NCBI GenBank assembly: GCA_951406725.2 | Contig: OX597831.1 | Coordinates: 40,920,001 to 40,984,000 of the forward strand | Reading direction: 5' to 3' | From: Octopus vulgaris | Lineage: Eukaryota | Length of the DNA stretch: 64,000 bases | Program-made: the position numbers and the translations under genes | The notes under the pieces: model-generated | What the model was told of the DNA's origin: nothing | The model's input: only the letters and a program-made list of their open reading frames with translations | The model's database searches: none | In this document: positions 1-12,697 of the stretch, piece after piece | Numbering within the stretch: position 1 is the stretch's first letter | Layout of the letters: the number at the start of each line of letters is the position of its first letter

Positions 1-229
1 TAGTTTACTTTGTACCTTTCTCGTATCGTTCCGGCTTTACACAACTACATTCTTTAAAGTTATAGCTCACAATGTTTCACAAAATCCACCTCAAATGTGT
101 GTGTGTGTGTGTGTGTGTCTATATATATAAAATCTCATTTAACATGCACAGTATTAAAATGCCAAGTACTAATAGTTTATTACTTGAAGATGCGGTTTGT
201 ATAACATGCCTGGTGTCTCCAAGTATTCT

Positions 230-720
230 GCGGACTCTGGGCACATGGTCTAATCAAGACGCTGGTACAAGAAAAGTCACGAGAAAAAACATCGTATATA
301 ACGCAGAAGTAACAGCAACGCTTCAAGATAACCTAACCGAAAGGAAAAATTACATCTGATTATGGGAAGGCGACTTCAAACGACATTATGCAAACCACCT
401 ATCTTCTTTCCAATACATCGACAAAAGTAAAACCACTAAGTTGACTGCAAAGACCAACTGCACACCACAAACAATCAAATGGAGAATTGTAGAGAAATCT
501 ATGTCATATGTTAATGGGTCTAAGAAATGCAACTTACGAGTAGCTGAAAGATCCTATATTCTTTTTAGATCTAAGAAGTCCACTGCACTACTGAATTCCA
601 GATCCGAAATTTTCAGCGTATGTAAACATATAGACAAATTTCTTTTGGCAAACAAGAAGACCGCACCATCTCTGATGATTTCAAAATACGAAGAAACACG
701 ACTGAGTTGTCAGGTTCTTT
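230..720 (+). mobile_element. Penelope-like element remnant: C-terminal GIY-YIG endonuclease (decayed) plus 3' HHR
   Basis: Joined frames read NIVYNAEV...KNYI*LWEGDFKRHYANHLSSF...IKWRIVEK...KKCNLRVAERSYILF...LLNSRSEIFSVCKHIDKF. This is the PLE GIY-YIG end with CxLCxxEK/CxH motifs, carrying a stop and a frameshift. Confidence 0.85.
668..715 (+). ncRNA. Type I hammerhead ribozyme motif
   Basis: atct-CTGATGA-t-ttc(aaaatac)gaa-GAAAC-acgactgagtt-GTC-aggt; stem I atct/aggt, stem II ttc/gaa; lies at the 3' end of the PLE endonuclease homology. Confidence 0.75.
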
Positions 721-761
721 GTATACATAAACAAATATATCCCCACTACTGTTTGGTATGT

Positions 762-992
762 AGAGAGGCGTCACTTAGGGATAGCGTGACGCATTTATGA
801 TCGTAAGATAGTGGTTTCGATTTCTGGAGCTGCTGGGGAGCAGCTGTGTTTTTCAGCAACACACTTCATTTCAAGCTGCTCCAACCCACTCAGCTTGCAA
901 AAATAAGTCATTCTGTGGCACCCTACTCAGATGGGAAATATATGTTACAGAATCTAGGAAATCGGTCTTAGGAGCCTATGGTTCAGGGAGAA
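762..992 (+). mobile_element. Degenerate tRNA-derived SINE (group C relative)
   Basis: B-box-like ggtttcgatt; body resembles the 57121-57425 copy and the tail resembles the 46197-46500 copy. Confidence 0.6.
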
Positions 993-1905
993 CCATTGAT
1001 TCTTTGGAACTTGTCTTTTCAGAAATAAAGGATTTTAGGGGATTCTACAATACATAGTGGTTCGCCCAAATTAGAAGAGTGTCGTTTTGTACATATAAAT
1101 ATTTTATGTGTGTGTGCGTGCGCGTGTGCATGTGTGCGTGCGCGTGTGCATGTGTGTGTGGGTGGGTGTTTGTACGCGTGCGTGCGTGTTTGTGCATATG
1201 CTTGTGCGCGCGCATGCGTGTGTTACGTGGTGGTGTGTCGCAAACGGTCCCTTTTCTAGTCACTCTTCGAAAAATCGTTTTATTTTTATAGATAGAATGC
1301 GGCTCAGAAAGCCACTTGACGTATATGCGTATCTAGTGAGTTGTGTATGTATAAATATATACGTATACATATCTGTCTACGCACGTATATATATATATAT
1401 ATATATACGAATATATACATGGTTCCGGGTGTTCTTCCATTTTCCAAGAAACCAAACAAAATCTGTGCGTAAGCATGTGTCAGTTCTTACATGAGACTCC
1501 TTATGTACGTATGCATTTCTTTTTTGCATTCATGAGTAGGTGCGTTTGTGATTGCATGGGTGAGTGTGCGTGTATGTGTGCATGTGTGTGTGTGCGTGTG
1601 TAATCTCCCGCGAAATCCAAGGAAAGCTTATAAAACTTCCATCCATTAGCGTTACTTTCGTAGAAAATGTGATTGTCCTTAAATAACATGGACTATTTTT
1701 TTGTTAGAACTTTTATTGCATATGTCTCTCTATTACACGCTTCTCTTTCTCTTCCTCAACCTTTCCCCCCCTCTCTCACTATGTATCTATCTCTCCTTAT
1801 TCTTTCTATTTTTATATATATGTATATATATATATACATACATATATATATGCATATATATATACATATATACCTACATATATATATGCATATATATACA
1901 TATAT

Positions 1906-1953
<48 letters not shown>

Positions 1954-2281
1954 TATATTCGTACATATATATATATATATATATGCATATGTATATGTAT
2001 ATATATGAGTGTGTGTGTGTGTGTGTGTGTATGTATGCATGTATATGCATATAACGAACTCTCTATCTCATCCCTTCATCATCTCTTTCATTTTTTTAAC
2101 ACCCCTACCCGTCCTCGTCTCTTCCAACTCTGCTCACTCTCTTTCTTTGTCTTTATTTCTCTCTATTTCTCTCTAGCTGGTTGTCACCGCCTTCCGCACA
2201 TACATAAACACATATAGACACACATATATATATACATATACATATATATATACATATATATATATATGTATAAATATATAT

Positions 2282-2317
<36 letters not shown>

Positions 2318-2338
2318 GCACACACATGCATAAATATG

Positions 2339-2381
<43 letters not shown>

Positions 2382-3506
2382 ATATACATATAAATATATA
2401 TATATACACATCCATATATATATATCTGTGTATGTATATGTGTGCGCGCGTGTGTGTATGTATACGACGAGCTCCCACGCAATTTCCGTCTACCTAATTC
2501 CCTCAGAAGTTATTGGTCAGCCTTGTATATATATATAAGGTTCGCATGTGTGTGTGTGTCTGTGTGTGTCTGTGTTTGTCTGTCTGTCTGTATGTATGTA
2601 TGTCTGTATGTATGTAAGTATGTATGTATGTATATGCGTATGTGTGCGTTTGACATATTTAAAGTTCTAAAGGCAAATTCATTGCAGTTACCTTGCAAAA
2701 AATAATCTCTTTTATGGTAAAAAAAAAAAGTATAAAAACACCATGTCCTATTTACCATAAGAGGGAAATTTTTTCCTCTTCGCTCACTGCTATAAATTTG
2801 CTGTCAGAAGTTGAAATATGGCACAAATATATTTTGACTGACCTATAGTTCGCTTTTGTCTATTCAGTACTTGGCGGCAATACTTCTAACACACACACAC
2901 TCATATATACATCGTTGTAATTTGAGGCGGTCATTTTTTTTTCGCCAAATACACGCATTATATATTTTTTCTTCACTCGTTTATTACTGTTCTAATTTTA
3001 TTATTTTAATTCATGTCCATTGTCCAGAAATCTTTCGTCACACATATGCGACCTCTTCAACGGCTTTTTGTATGTTCTTGCTCCACTGACTCCATTCTGT
3101 TCTTCCAAGGTATGTATCCTTATATGTGCATGTATTTGTGTCCTTGTTTGTGTGTTTGTGCGTGGGTGTGTATACGTGTGTTTGTATGCTTGTGTGTGTG
3201 TGTGTTCTTTTTCTTTTTTTAGCAGCCTTTTTTAGCCTTCTTCTCGGCATCCTTATCCTCTCACCCCGTTGTGCTGCTACTGTCATAAGACCCCAAAATA
3301 TGGTACAGTTCCTGTATTCCTCTCTGTATATGTGTTCAACTACGTGTTGTCATTGTGGTAGTTGTTGTTATTGCCATCGCTGTCTCCGCCGCTGCTGCTG
3401 ATGTTAATTGTGTTGTTGACATTGTTGTGGCCGTCTGTGACATTTCTTGTGTGTGTGTGTGTGTGTGTGGGTTCGCTTCGTATGTTGTATTATCCATGCC
3501 CTCAAC

Positions 3507-3661
3507 GCGGCGAGCTGGCAGAATCGTTAGCACACCGGGCGAAATGGTTAGCAGTATTTCTTCTGCCGCTACGTTCTCAGTTCAAATTCCGCCGAGGTCG
3601 ACTTTGCCTTTCATCCTTTCGGGGTCGATTAAATAAGTACCAGTTACGCACTGGGGTCGAT
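3507..3661 (+). mobile_element. tRNA-derived SINE group B (Meta-domain-like core), 3'-truncated
   Basis: ggcgagctggcagaatcg head, B-box-like gttcaaattcc, core gtcgactttgcctttcatcctttcggggtcgat; more than 10 copies in the window. Confidence 0.85.
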
Positions 3662-4692
3662 AGGCACTGTTTTGGGACCACCACTGTTCATAATGGCCCT
3701 CCCAGACATGCCCTCAGCCACACAGAGGGCCACGATCACAAGTTATGCAGATGATACAAAAGTTTCACAGGTAATGCAGAACCCTGAAGACACTATGCAC
3801 TTGCAATGTGAGCTGGACGAAATATACAAGTGGGTTGAAAAGAAAAGCATGCAGTTTAATGCTGAAAAGTTTCAAGCTTTGTGCTATCAGCATGCATAAC
3901 TAAATGCAATGCCCATTAAATACACTGGACCTGGAGGGATTGCAATCACAAAGGCACAGTCAGTGCGAGACCTGGGCATTTACATGAGTAATGATGCATC
4001 CTTTCATATACATGTTGCTAAATTAGCAACAAGAACAAGAGATCAGGAAACTATGATGGTCTTCTGGAGGACACTTGTCTTAAGCCACTTTGACTATTGC
4101 TCTCAGTTATGGTCACCAACCAGTGTCAAATTAATCTCAGAACTTGAGGCAATCCAACGAAGCTACACGAAGAATACAGCCTCTATGCAGCATATAAGAT
4201 ATTGGGAAAGACTCAAGAGATTAAGACTCTATTCCTTAGAGCGTAGGCGAGAAAGATATGCCATAATATACATCTGGAAGATCCTGGAAGGACTTGTCCC
4301 AAACTTTGGCATCGAGAGTTACACAAATACTAAAAATGGGCGCCACTGCATAGGGCCAAGAACTCCAAATTTGCCATCAAGATGTAGGACAAGATACTGA
4401 AATAGCCTGGGCTTCAGAGGTCCACAGCTCTTCAATATCCTCCCGAAGGACCTGAGAGACCTACATGGGGTGGATGTAGGTGTCTCCAACTTGAAGCTGG
4501 ACCTCTTCCTGTCAAGTGTCACAGATGAATCAACTTCGCAGCATGGGGTGCAGATGATAGCAGCTGAATCAAACTCTCTCATGCATCAATTGTCAATTCC
4601 TAAAAACATTCGTAAAGTAAAACCATGTAGCAACACCAAATGGCGGTGCCCCAGCATGGCCACAGCTCGTGAGTTGAAACTAAATAAGATTT
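3662..4692 (+). mobile_element. 5'-truncated CR1/L2-group LINE, RT C-terminal half, pseudogenised
   Basis: GTVLGPPLF, YADDTK, FNAEKFQ, VRDLGI, HFDYCSQLWSP, LEAIQR, ERLKRLRLYSLERRRERY; in-frame stops near 3899 and 4400; 3' hairpin tail. Confidence 0.9.
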
Positions 4693-4702
4693 AAAAAATT
4701 AA

Positions 4703-4751
<49 letters not shown>

Positions 4752-5575
4752 CATATAAACACGTGTGTGTTTTGGTGTCCCTGTTACTGTTTGTGTTTGT
4801 CCGCCACCATTGCCTGACAACCAGTGTTGGTGTGTTTACGTCCCCGTAGCTTCGCGTTCCGGCAAAAAATATTGGCGTCGATTCATTTGTCTAAAAATTC
4901 TTCAAAGTTGGTGCCCTGCCATGACCGCAACAAGTAAAAAAAAGTTTTTAATAAAAGAGAGAAAGGAATATATATAAAGCATAAATTCAAGATGCGTGAG
5001 AGGTGGAGATAAATTTGTTGATCAAGTATGACTTCCATAAGTTCAATTTAAAACGGGATATTTCTAACATAGTCGAAGTTGATTTCTTGAGGATTGCTAT
5101 CTAAAGGGTTAACTGCGAATTTTTCCTCAAAACATCCGACTTACATAAAAAAAAAAAAGATACAGGGGAGAGAAAGGGATATTCTAGATGAGATTTAATT
5201 CAGTAAACTCAATCATTCGTTAAATAGAAAACAAGAAAATGAGTTACAGAGTTATTATAATCTTGAAGGCCTTATTTCAAAATGGCTGCAAATCCAACGT
5301 CTAAATCTGCAAAATGAAAAATATTAAAATGAAATAGAAACAAAGAAAAGAACCTAAAAGAAAAAATATATTGAGTAAAAGTGTCTGGCGAACGTAACAA
5401 ACACCAGCATAACGAGAGTCTATAGTCACAAAAATTACGTTGTTACGCTCATAATCATATTTTCGTGAAGCTTCTGTTCCATCGAAGAATTCTTAATAAG
5501 ATTAGCCGTCTGCCTAAGGTCATACGTCGACAATACATTTGTTCTTGTCGTCCACAATACGCCCCCTCACGCACC

Positions 5576-5641
<66 letters not shown>

Positions 5642-5815
5642 CACACACGCGCGCACACACACACACATACATACTCGTACATGACACTCTCGTAATTTCG
5701 GCTTCTGACATACATCATAAATGCCATGATAAAGAATGCATAGACCGCCATTCTTGTATATGTGATGTGCATAACGTGTATATGTATGTTTGTATGCACG
5801 TAGGTGTATATACAC

Positions 5816-5890
<75 letters not shown>

Positions 5891-5915
5891 GTATATGTTC
5901 ATAGATATATATATG

Positions 5916-5958
<43 letters not shown>

Positions 5959-6030
5959 CATATATATACATCCATACATATATATATATATTTATATATA
6001 TATATATACATACATAAATAAATATTTCTG

Positions 6031-6080
<50 letters not shown>

Positions 6081-6403
6081 TGTATGCTCGTATGAGTGTG
6101 TGTGTGTGAGCACGTGTGTACACATGTGTACGTGACCCACGGCATAAATAGCAGTGTCGTGGTCGACGAAGCCGTTGTTCTTGTCACTCATTATACCTGG
6201 GGCTATATAACTCAGATGCTCAACTTCTACACACCAGCTAAACCATGTTTAAATGTATGTTTACAAGTATCGAATTCGCTGAAATAATCAATACACGAAA
6301 TGGTAACTAAAGCAATATTATCCTGTAGGCTCATATATAAATATATATGGGTGAGTGAGTGTGTAAGTGTGTAAATGTGTGTATGGATATATATGTGTGG
6401 ATG

Positions 6404-6499
<96 letters not shown>

Positions 6500-6501
<2 letters not shown>

Positions 6502-7690
6502 GTGAAATAGAAAGATGAATAATCTTGTAGTAGATTAATCAAAAGTTTAACCGATACCTTAGTAGCAAAAATCACAGCAGTAAAACAGCACGGTTGGAGG
6601 TACAACCATATGGTGTTGCAACCGTGCGTTGGTGCGGATAATTGAAATTAGAACATTATTGGTGAATTGAAGAAATGGAGCTGAACGCAGATTGAACAGA
6701 AATCGTTTTATTTCATTCTACACGTGTTTCGAAAGGCACAAATTACCAAAATCCGATGGAATAATGGGACCATATTGTGTCTTTCTCTTCAGGAAGAAAA
6801 TAGGAAATCCGTTGGAAAAACAAAAACAGAACAGAGGCGGAGCAAAAACAAATCGAACTATGCTCCTAAGAGCCCATGGCGAAACTGTTTATCAGTGTAT
6901 GTTGAGAACCGGTGGCTGAAGAATTCAACGGGTCAGGCATCGGTCAATCATGTGGGTGAGGGTGCGTAGATGTTCTTTGTGACCGAGAATAAAGTTCTGA
7001 CTATTTAAGGAATATTGGATGTTTTATAAGGGGCGAGAAAAAATCTACTTAGAGACGTGTGTGTGTGTATACTGTTCTATATATGTGTGTGTTGGCGTAG
7101 GGGTAGAAAACATTTTTTGTGTACGTGTGTGCGTTTGATCGTTCGGCTGTCAGTGGCTACTGCCGTGATAACCGTTGGGTGGCAGAAAAAAAAATATATA
7201 TATATCATGTTTTATGTGTGTGTGTGTTCATCTAAGCCTGCCTTGTCAAGGAAACCCCCGCTGTGAAAAAACCAAGCCCCGTTTGTCTTACAGGAGTAAT
7301 TCCCCTTGCAGTGGTTAATCGTAGATATCTTAAAGGCTATTTCAGAATTTGTTACCAAGGGCTATGGGTGCCGGTATTATTTATAAACGCTATTTAAAAG
7401 CCAGATAAGTGTAACGCCGCCAATGGGGGCATCGAAAAGCCGACTGTAAAAGCCCGTTTACCATCCGGCCTCTGGCAAACAAAATATGGAAGAGTTCGGA
7501 GACACAAAGGTTGCACTGCCTTCTGCCCCTATCAAATGGGAGGGCCACCGACAAAATTGACCATTCCAGCCTGTAGCTTAAGTTCGTATCCTTCAGTCGC
7601 CATATTAGCTTACTGAGTCCCGTGGTCTGGCGCTTGTTCATGTCCCGAAAAGTTGCGTAATGGTTGGAGACACGCAAAGACAATCTTGAG
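6500..7690 (-). mobile_element. Penelope-like element 3' part (GIY-YIG fragment, 3' UTR/pLTR with HHR) abutting (TA)n
   Basis: ORF 7390-7683 reads RVSNHYATFR..TGLSKLIWRLK..LEWSIL..CNLCVSE..FRCPH; HHR about 600 nt downstream; ends at a long (TA)n tract. Confidence 0.85.
6716..6795 (-). ncRNA. Type I hammerhead ribozyme, long stem II
   Basis: Minus strand ttc-CTGAAGA-gaaagacacaa...ttgtgcctttc-GAAAC-acgt-GTA-gaa; stem II 10/11 paired. Confidence 0.8.
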
Positions 7691-7726
7691 GATGAGGCCC
7701 CTCATATATACAGATATATACAGCTA

Positions 7727-8112
7727 GTGGAGGCGCAATAGCCCAGTGGTTAGGGCAGCGACTCGCGGTCTTAGGATTGCGGTTTCGACTCCCAGACCGG
7801 CCGTTGTGAGTGTTTATTGAGCGAAAACACCTAAAGCTCCACAAGGCGCCGGCAGAGGGTGGTGGCGAATCCTGCTGTACTCTTGCACCGCAGCTGTACT
7901 CCTCTCACTCTTTCTTCCTGTTTCCGTTGTACCTGTATTTCAAAGGGCTAGCCTTGCCACACTTTGTGCCACGCTCAATTTCCCCGAGAACTACGTTAAG
8001 GGTACACCGCTCTGTGGAGTGCTCAGCCACTTGCACGTTAATTTCACGACCAGGCTGTTCCGTTGATCGGATCAACTGGAACACTCGTCGTTGTAACCGA
8101 CGGAGAGCCAAC
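7727..8112 (+). mobile_element. tRNA-derived SINE group C
   Basis: A-box-like tagcccagtgg and B-box-like ggtttcgactc; head shared with the 11668 and 46197 copies, tail shared with the 31007, 31920 and 57121 copies. Confidence 0.85.
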
Positions 8113-8162
8113 TTTATGTATACATATATACATAAATACACACACATATATATATATTTATG

Positions 8163-8194
<32 letters not shown>

Positions 8195-8257
8195 TACACA
8201 TATATGTATATACACACATATATATATAACTATATATATATATGTGTGTGTGTATAT

Positions 8258-8288
<31 letters not shown>

Positions 8289-8472
8289 CTTATATATATG
8301 TGTGTGTGTGTATATATATAATGTATATGTATATATATGTATGTATGCATATATATATATAGATTCATATATATGAAGACACACGCACAAACATATATAT
8401 ATATATATATACATACATAAATATGCGTATATATGTGGATATATGTATAGATATATATATGTAGATATATAA

Positions 8473-8554
<82 letters not shown>

Positions 8555-9148
8555 ACATATGACTGCGTGTTTCTGACATGGTCACCTCATCTCCGCAATG
8601 GTTGGTCTCCGAGAATGAGCCTTTAATCTACTTTGAAAATAGCTGCTTCAATGGATATGTAATTAATTAATTGATTAATTGATTAATTAATTAACCAAGA
8701 TATCTACACACTACATTGAGAGAGTCTCGATGTGGTCAATAATTTCTCAGAAATAGTAAGTAAAATACCTTGTCATACTGAGACACTGGCATAGTCGTAA
8801 AGACCAGAAATTCACTTTGTGACCCTTTGGTTACGTGTTCAGTCCCACTATGCAGCACTTTGGGAAAGTGTCTCCTACTGTAGACCCTGTGCCGACTGAT
8901 GCCTGGGGAATGAATTTGGAAGACAAAAACTGGGTAGAACCGGTCTTGTATGCATATATCGCGGTTCACCTATCGCAATTTATTATTGCTTTGCTGTTGT
9001 TTTGCATTTATGATAAAATAAATATATACAAATTATGAAAATAATTTTTTTTAAATACAGTACAATACTGCTTTTTCTTCACGGATTTTCACCTATCGGG
9101 CTGGGTATGGAAACGTAACACCCGCGGTAGTCGAAGAATTACCGTATA

Positions 9149-9210
<62 letters not shown>

Positions 9211-9215
<5 letters not shown>

Positions 9216-9767
9216 GAAATATTAAAATAACTAAGTCTCTCTAAAAGAGAACAGCGGCAGCGTTCCCGGAAAATAATAGTTATCGCCATACTAATATAGC
9301 ATTCTTATAAAAATAAGAAAAAGCTGTCCGCTTATTAGCTCCATGAGGCCATCGCCTTAAGTTAGCTATTTGATACACGAACTGTATCCATATAACCTTC
9401 GAACAAGGGAGGTCAGTCGCTCCACACTACTTGACCGGCATATAGGTGTCGCTTCCGACAATCTCTGTTCGATGGTTTTATTTACCTAGTTTCGGTGGAA
9501 TACATCCACTTGTTTTCAATAATAGAAATATTAAAATAACTAAGTCTCTCTTAGTCTCTCTCGCTGCATTGAAAAGGGGCAATACTCCGAAACGCGTCTG
9601 TAGCTGCCGGTCAAGTAGTGTGGAGCGACTGACCTCCCTTGTTCGAAGGTTATATGGATACAGTTCGTGTATCAAATAGCTAACTTAAGGCGATGGCCTC
9701 ATGGAGCTAATAAGCGGACAGCTTTTTTCTTATTTTTATAAGAATGCTATATTAGTATGGCGATAAC

Positions 9768-9773
<6 letters not shown>
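9211..9773 (+). mobile_element. ORF-less fold-back PLE-type module with HHR, inserted in (TA)n
   Basis: Inverted repeat 9273-9440/9605-9773 (1-nt indel only); direct repeat taatagaaatattaaaataactaagtctctct at 9211 and 9520; HHR in the spacer; (TA)n on both sides. Confidence 0.8.
9563..9604 (+). ncRNA. Minimal hammerhead ribozyme with U3-A8 variant core
   Basis: gctgca-TTGAAAA-gggg(caata)ctcc-GAAAC-gc-GTC-tgtagc; stem I 6 bp and stem II 4 bp (each with one G-U). Confidence 0.75.
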
Positions 9774-9821
<48 letters not shown>

Positions 9822-10439
9822 GGGCGCTAAACAATAGTAGCATTGTCCGGTACCTGATTGATCCCAATGGTAGTTATGGAATGTGATGGTGAGCGTGCAG
9901 GCCGTGTTTGTAATGCTATGTGTGTGTCGTCTGCAGTGGGAACAAGGCAGTTTTCTCTATGAAGGACTTTTTAGTTTATCCGCTGATATAGTGTCTTTAC
10001 AACCATTAAAGTCTGTAGTGAAAAATGTATCCGTGCGTGAAAGAAAACGGAAACGACCTGTATCCGGTGCTGTTAACGGAGGTTTAACAACATCGTTGCA
10101 CACAAAAACGTGAGTCCAAGAAGTAGAGCTTCTTTCAAGGCAGAGCTAGGAATGCAATTGTCAAGTAGGTAAAAGGTTTTAAACAGGAACGATATATTCA
10201 AAATTGGTAAAACTAAAAATTCTCGAAGACAAATTAAATTTATTATTGTTACTGAATATGCTAGTGTTATTTAATTTCTGAACGGTTTTGCTGCCATTTG
10301 TTTCTGTAGTCCATTATCCACCAGTTTCTACTAAGATAGAGACGCGAGTAAACTTAATAATAGAGAAACGAAAATAAAACTTTGGAAACAGCAACTCCGC
10401 CATAATTTACGGGGAAACCATGATCGTGCTTTCAGGAAA

Positions 10440-10677
10440 TATAATTAGAGATTGTAATACTTCACGTAAAGTAAATATAACAAATAATCCAGAATCCTTG
10501 TCCGGTGCCGGATCGATTCCAAAATCTAATCGGTTCGTGCCAGTCACGAGGCCAAACGTCCCTGAAAGTTTCATCGAATCCATCCAGCAGTTTTTGAGAT
10601 ATCTTGTCAACGGACAAACAAACAAACAAACACGACTGAAAACAATACCTCCGCCTTCGCTAAGGCGGAAGTAAATA
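10440..10677. mobile_element. Non-autonomous Helentron/HINE (DINE-like) element fragment
   Basis: Terminal hairpin acctccgcc-ttcgctaa-ggcggaagt and a (caaa)n microsatellite; inverted homolog at 23216-23610. Confidence 0.6.
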
Positions 10678-10894
10678 AGCGTGTAGATCACACAAGTTTG
10701 ATAACCGCGAGTCCTGCAAGGTAACGAAGTTAAAAACTAAGCTAAAGTAATCGGCCTTGAAGTTGTAGATCGCGTGCCAAAGTAGCACCGATATATACAT
10801 ATATATTCCATATACATACGATGGGCTTCTTTCAGTTTCCGTCTAGCAAATCTACTCACCAGGCTATAGTGGAAGACAACCAGACGTGCTTTAC

Positions 10895-11085
10895 TTGGAC
10901 TATATTTTTTTCCTTTCTCTCCGGACCTTTCCTCTGTCTCATCTTTCTGACGAAGAAGAGCCAGGCCCGAAACGTTACGCACTTCCTCTTTTTTTCTTTC
11001 CTTTTCTCGAACCAAGCTTCAACCTAATTACATTCACTGTTTAGTCCTTTTGAGTTTCGTTGCTTTGTCTTTATCTTTATATTCG
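10895..11085 (+). mobile_element. PLE pLTR fragment with degenerate minimal HHR (10947-10976)
   Basis: CTGACGA-agaagagcc-a-ggccc-GAAAC-GTT in a pyrimidine-rich context like the 20010 and 39646 copies. Confidence 0.55.
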
Positions 11086-11086
11086 A

Positions 11087-11133
<47 letters not shown>

Positions 11134-11152
11134 GTGTGTGTGCGTGTGCGTG

Positions 11153-11189
<37 letters not shown>

Positions 11190-11302
11190 CTCGTCGACCT
11201 TCAGATTTACCCTGTGCTATCCAGTCGCACAAGGTAAATCTGAAGGTGGACAAGCTTTACATTGTTCTCTACTATGTTCTTTACAAAATATATATGTGTG
11301 TG

Positions 11303-11351
<49 letters not shown>

Positions 11352-11588
11352 ATATCTAAATGTTCTATCTAAATGTTCTAAAATCTACACAGCCTTGGTT
11401 TTTTTATCTCATTACGAAATAAAATTTATATACACAATATACACACGCTGACATATGACCAACGTTGAACTCCTTATTCGCATAATCACCGAACTTGGAA
11501 CTTAACTACGGTCTGTCTATAACACTTATTCAGCATTACCTGACACCTTTGGGTCTCAGTGACACCATTACCTCTCATAACCTCCACA

Positions 11589-11647
<59 letters not shown>

Positions 11648-11667
11648 ATATATATATATATATATAT

Positions 11668-11971
11668 CACGTGATCACGTGACCGACCAGGACCATCAGA
11701 TGTTGTTACACATCACTGGTCACAATGCGTTCGCATTGTTTTAGCCTTCGAATGACGCCACCCTGCTGGCTAAGCGGGCAGGCCAACAGAAGAATGAGTG
11801 GGAGAAAGAGTGGGGAAAGAGTACAGCAGGGATCACCACTATCCCTGCCGGAGCCTCGTGAAGCTTTTAGGTGTTTTTGCTCAATAAACACTCACAACGC
11901 CCGGTCTGGGAATCGAAAATGCGATCCTACGACCGCGAGTCCGCTGCCCTAACCAATGGGCCATTGCGCCT

Positions 11972-11975
<4 letters not shown>
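11668..11975 (-). mobile_element. tRNA-derived SINE group C, alternative tail
   Basis: Reverse complement of the 7727 head (gtggaggcgcaatggccc) with a different 3' segment. Confidence 0.8.
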
Positions 11976-12066
<91 letters not shown>

Positions 12067-12187
12067 CAAATAAAGGTTACAAACCTCATTAAGGAATAGT
12101 AAACTCCAATAAAAGTACTGGTAATTTATTAGGTTGTTCCGAAAATAATTGAGAAATGTCTCAGGCACTTGGTGTCGATATTGCAAT

Positions 12188-12607
12188 AGGCGCAGGAGTG
12201 GCTGTGTGGTAAGTAGCTTGCTAACCAACCACATGGTTCCGGGTTCAGTCCCACTGCGTGGCATCTTGGGCAAGTGTCTTCTGCTATAGCCCCGGGCCGA
12301 CCAAAGCCTTGTGAGTGGATTTGGTAGACGGAAACTGAAAGAAGCCTGTCGTATATATGTATATGTATATGTATATGTGTGTGTGTGTTTGTGTGTCTGT
12401 GTTTGTACCCCTAGCATTGCTTGCCAACCGATGCTGGTGTGTTTACGTCCCCGTCACATTAGCGGTTCGGCAAAAGAGACCGATAGAATAAGTACTGGGC
12501 TTACAAAGGAATAAGTCCCGGGGTCGATTTGCTCGACTAAAGGCGGTGCTCCAGCATGGCCGCAGTCAAATGACTGAAACAAGTAAAAGAGTAAAAGAGT
12601 AAAAGAG
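12188..12607 (+). mobile_element. Full-length SINE group A (bipartite, internal TA/TG microsatellite, (gtaaaaga)n tail)
   Basis: ggcgcaggagtggctgtgtggtaag head, B-box-like gggttcagtccc; near-identical copies at 22788, 35189, 40746, 58593 and 62228. Confidence 0.9.
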
Positions 12608-12697
12608 AGGTCTCACGCAATCTGCAGAAGATTGGTAAGGTGAAAAGCTCGATAAATGGGTACCGCATGGGCTCAATGAAAATCAAAATATAAAACG

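Noticed and set aside
12188-12260. tRNA genes at SINE heads
   Set aside because: A/B-box-like motifs are present, but no full cloverleaf is evident and each continues into a SINE body.
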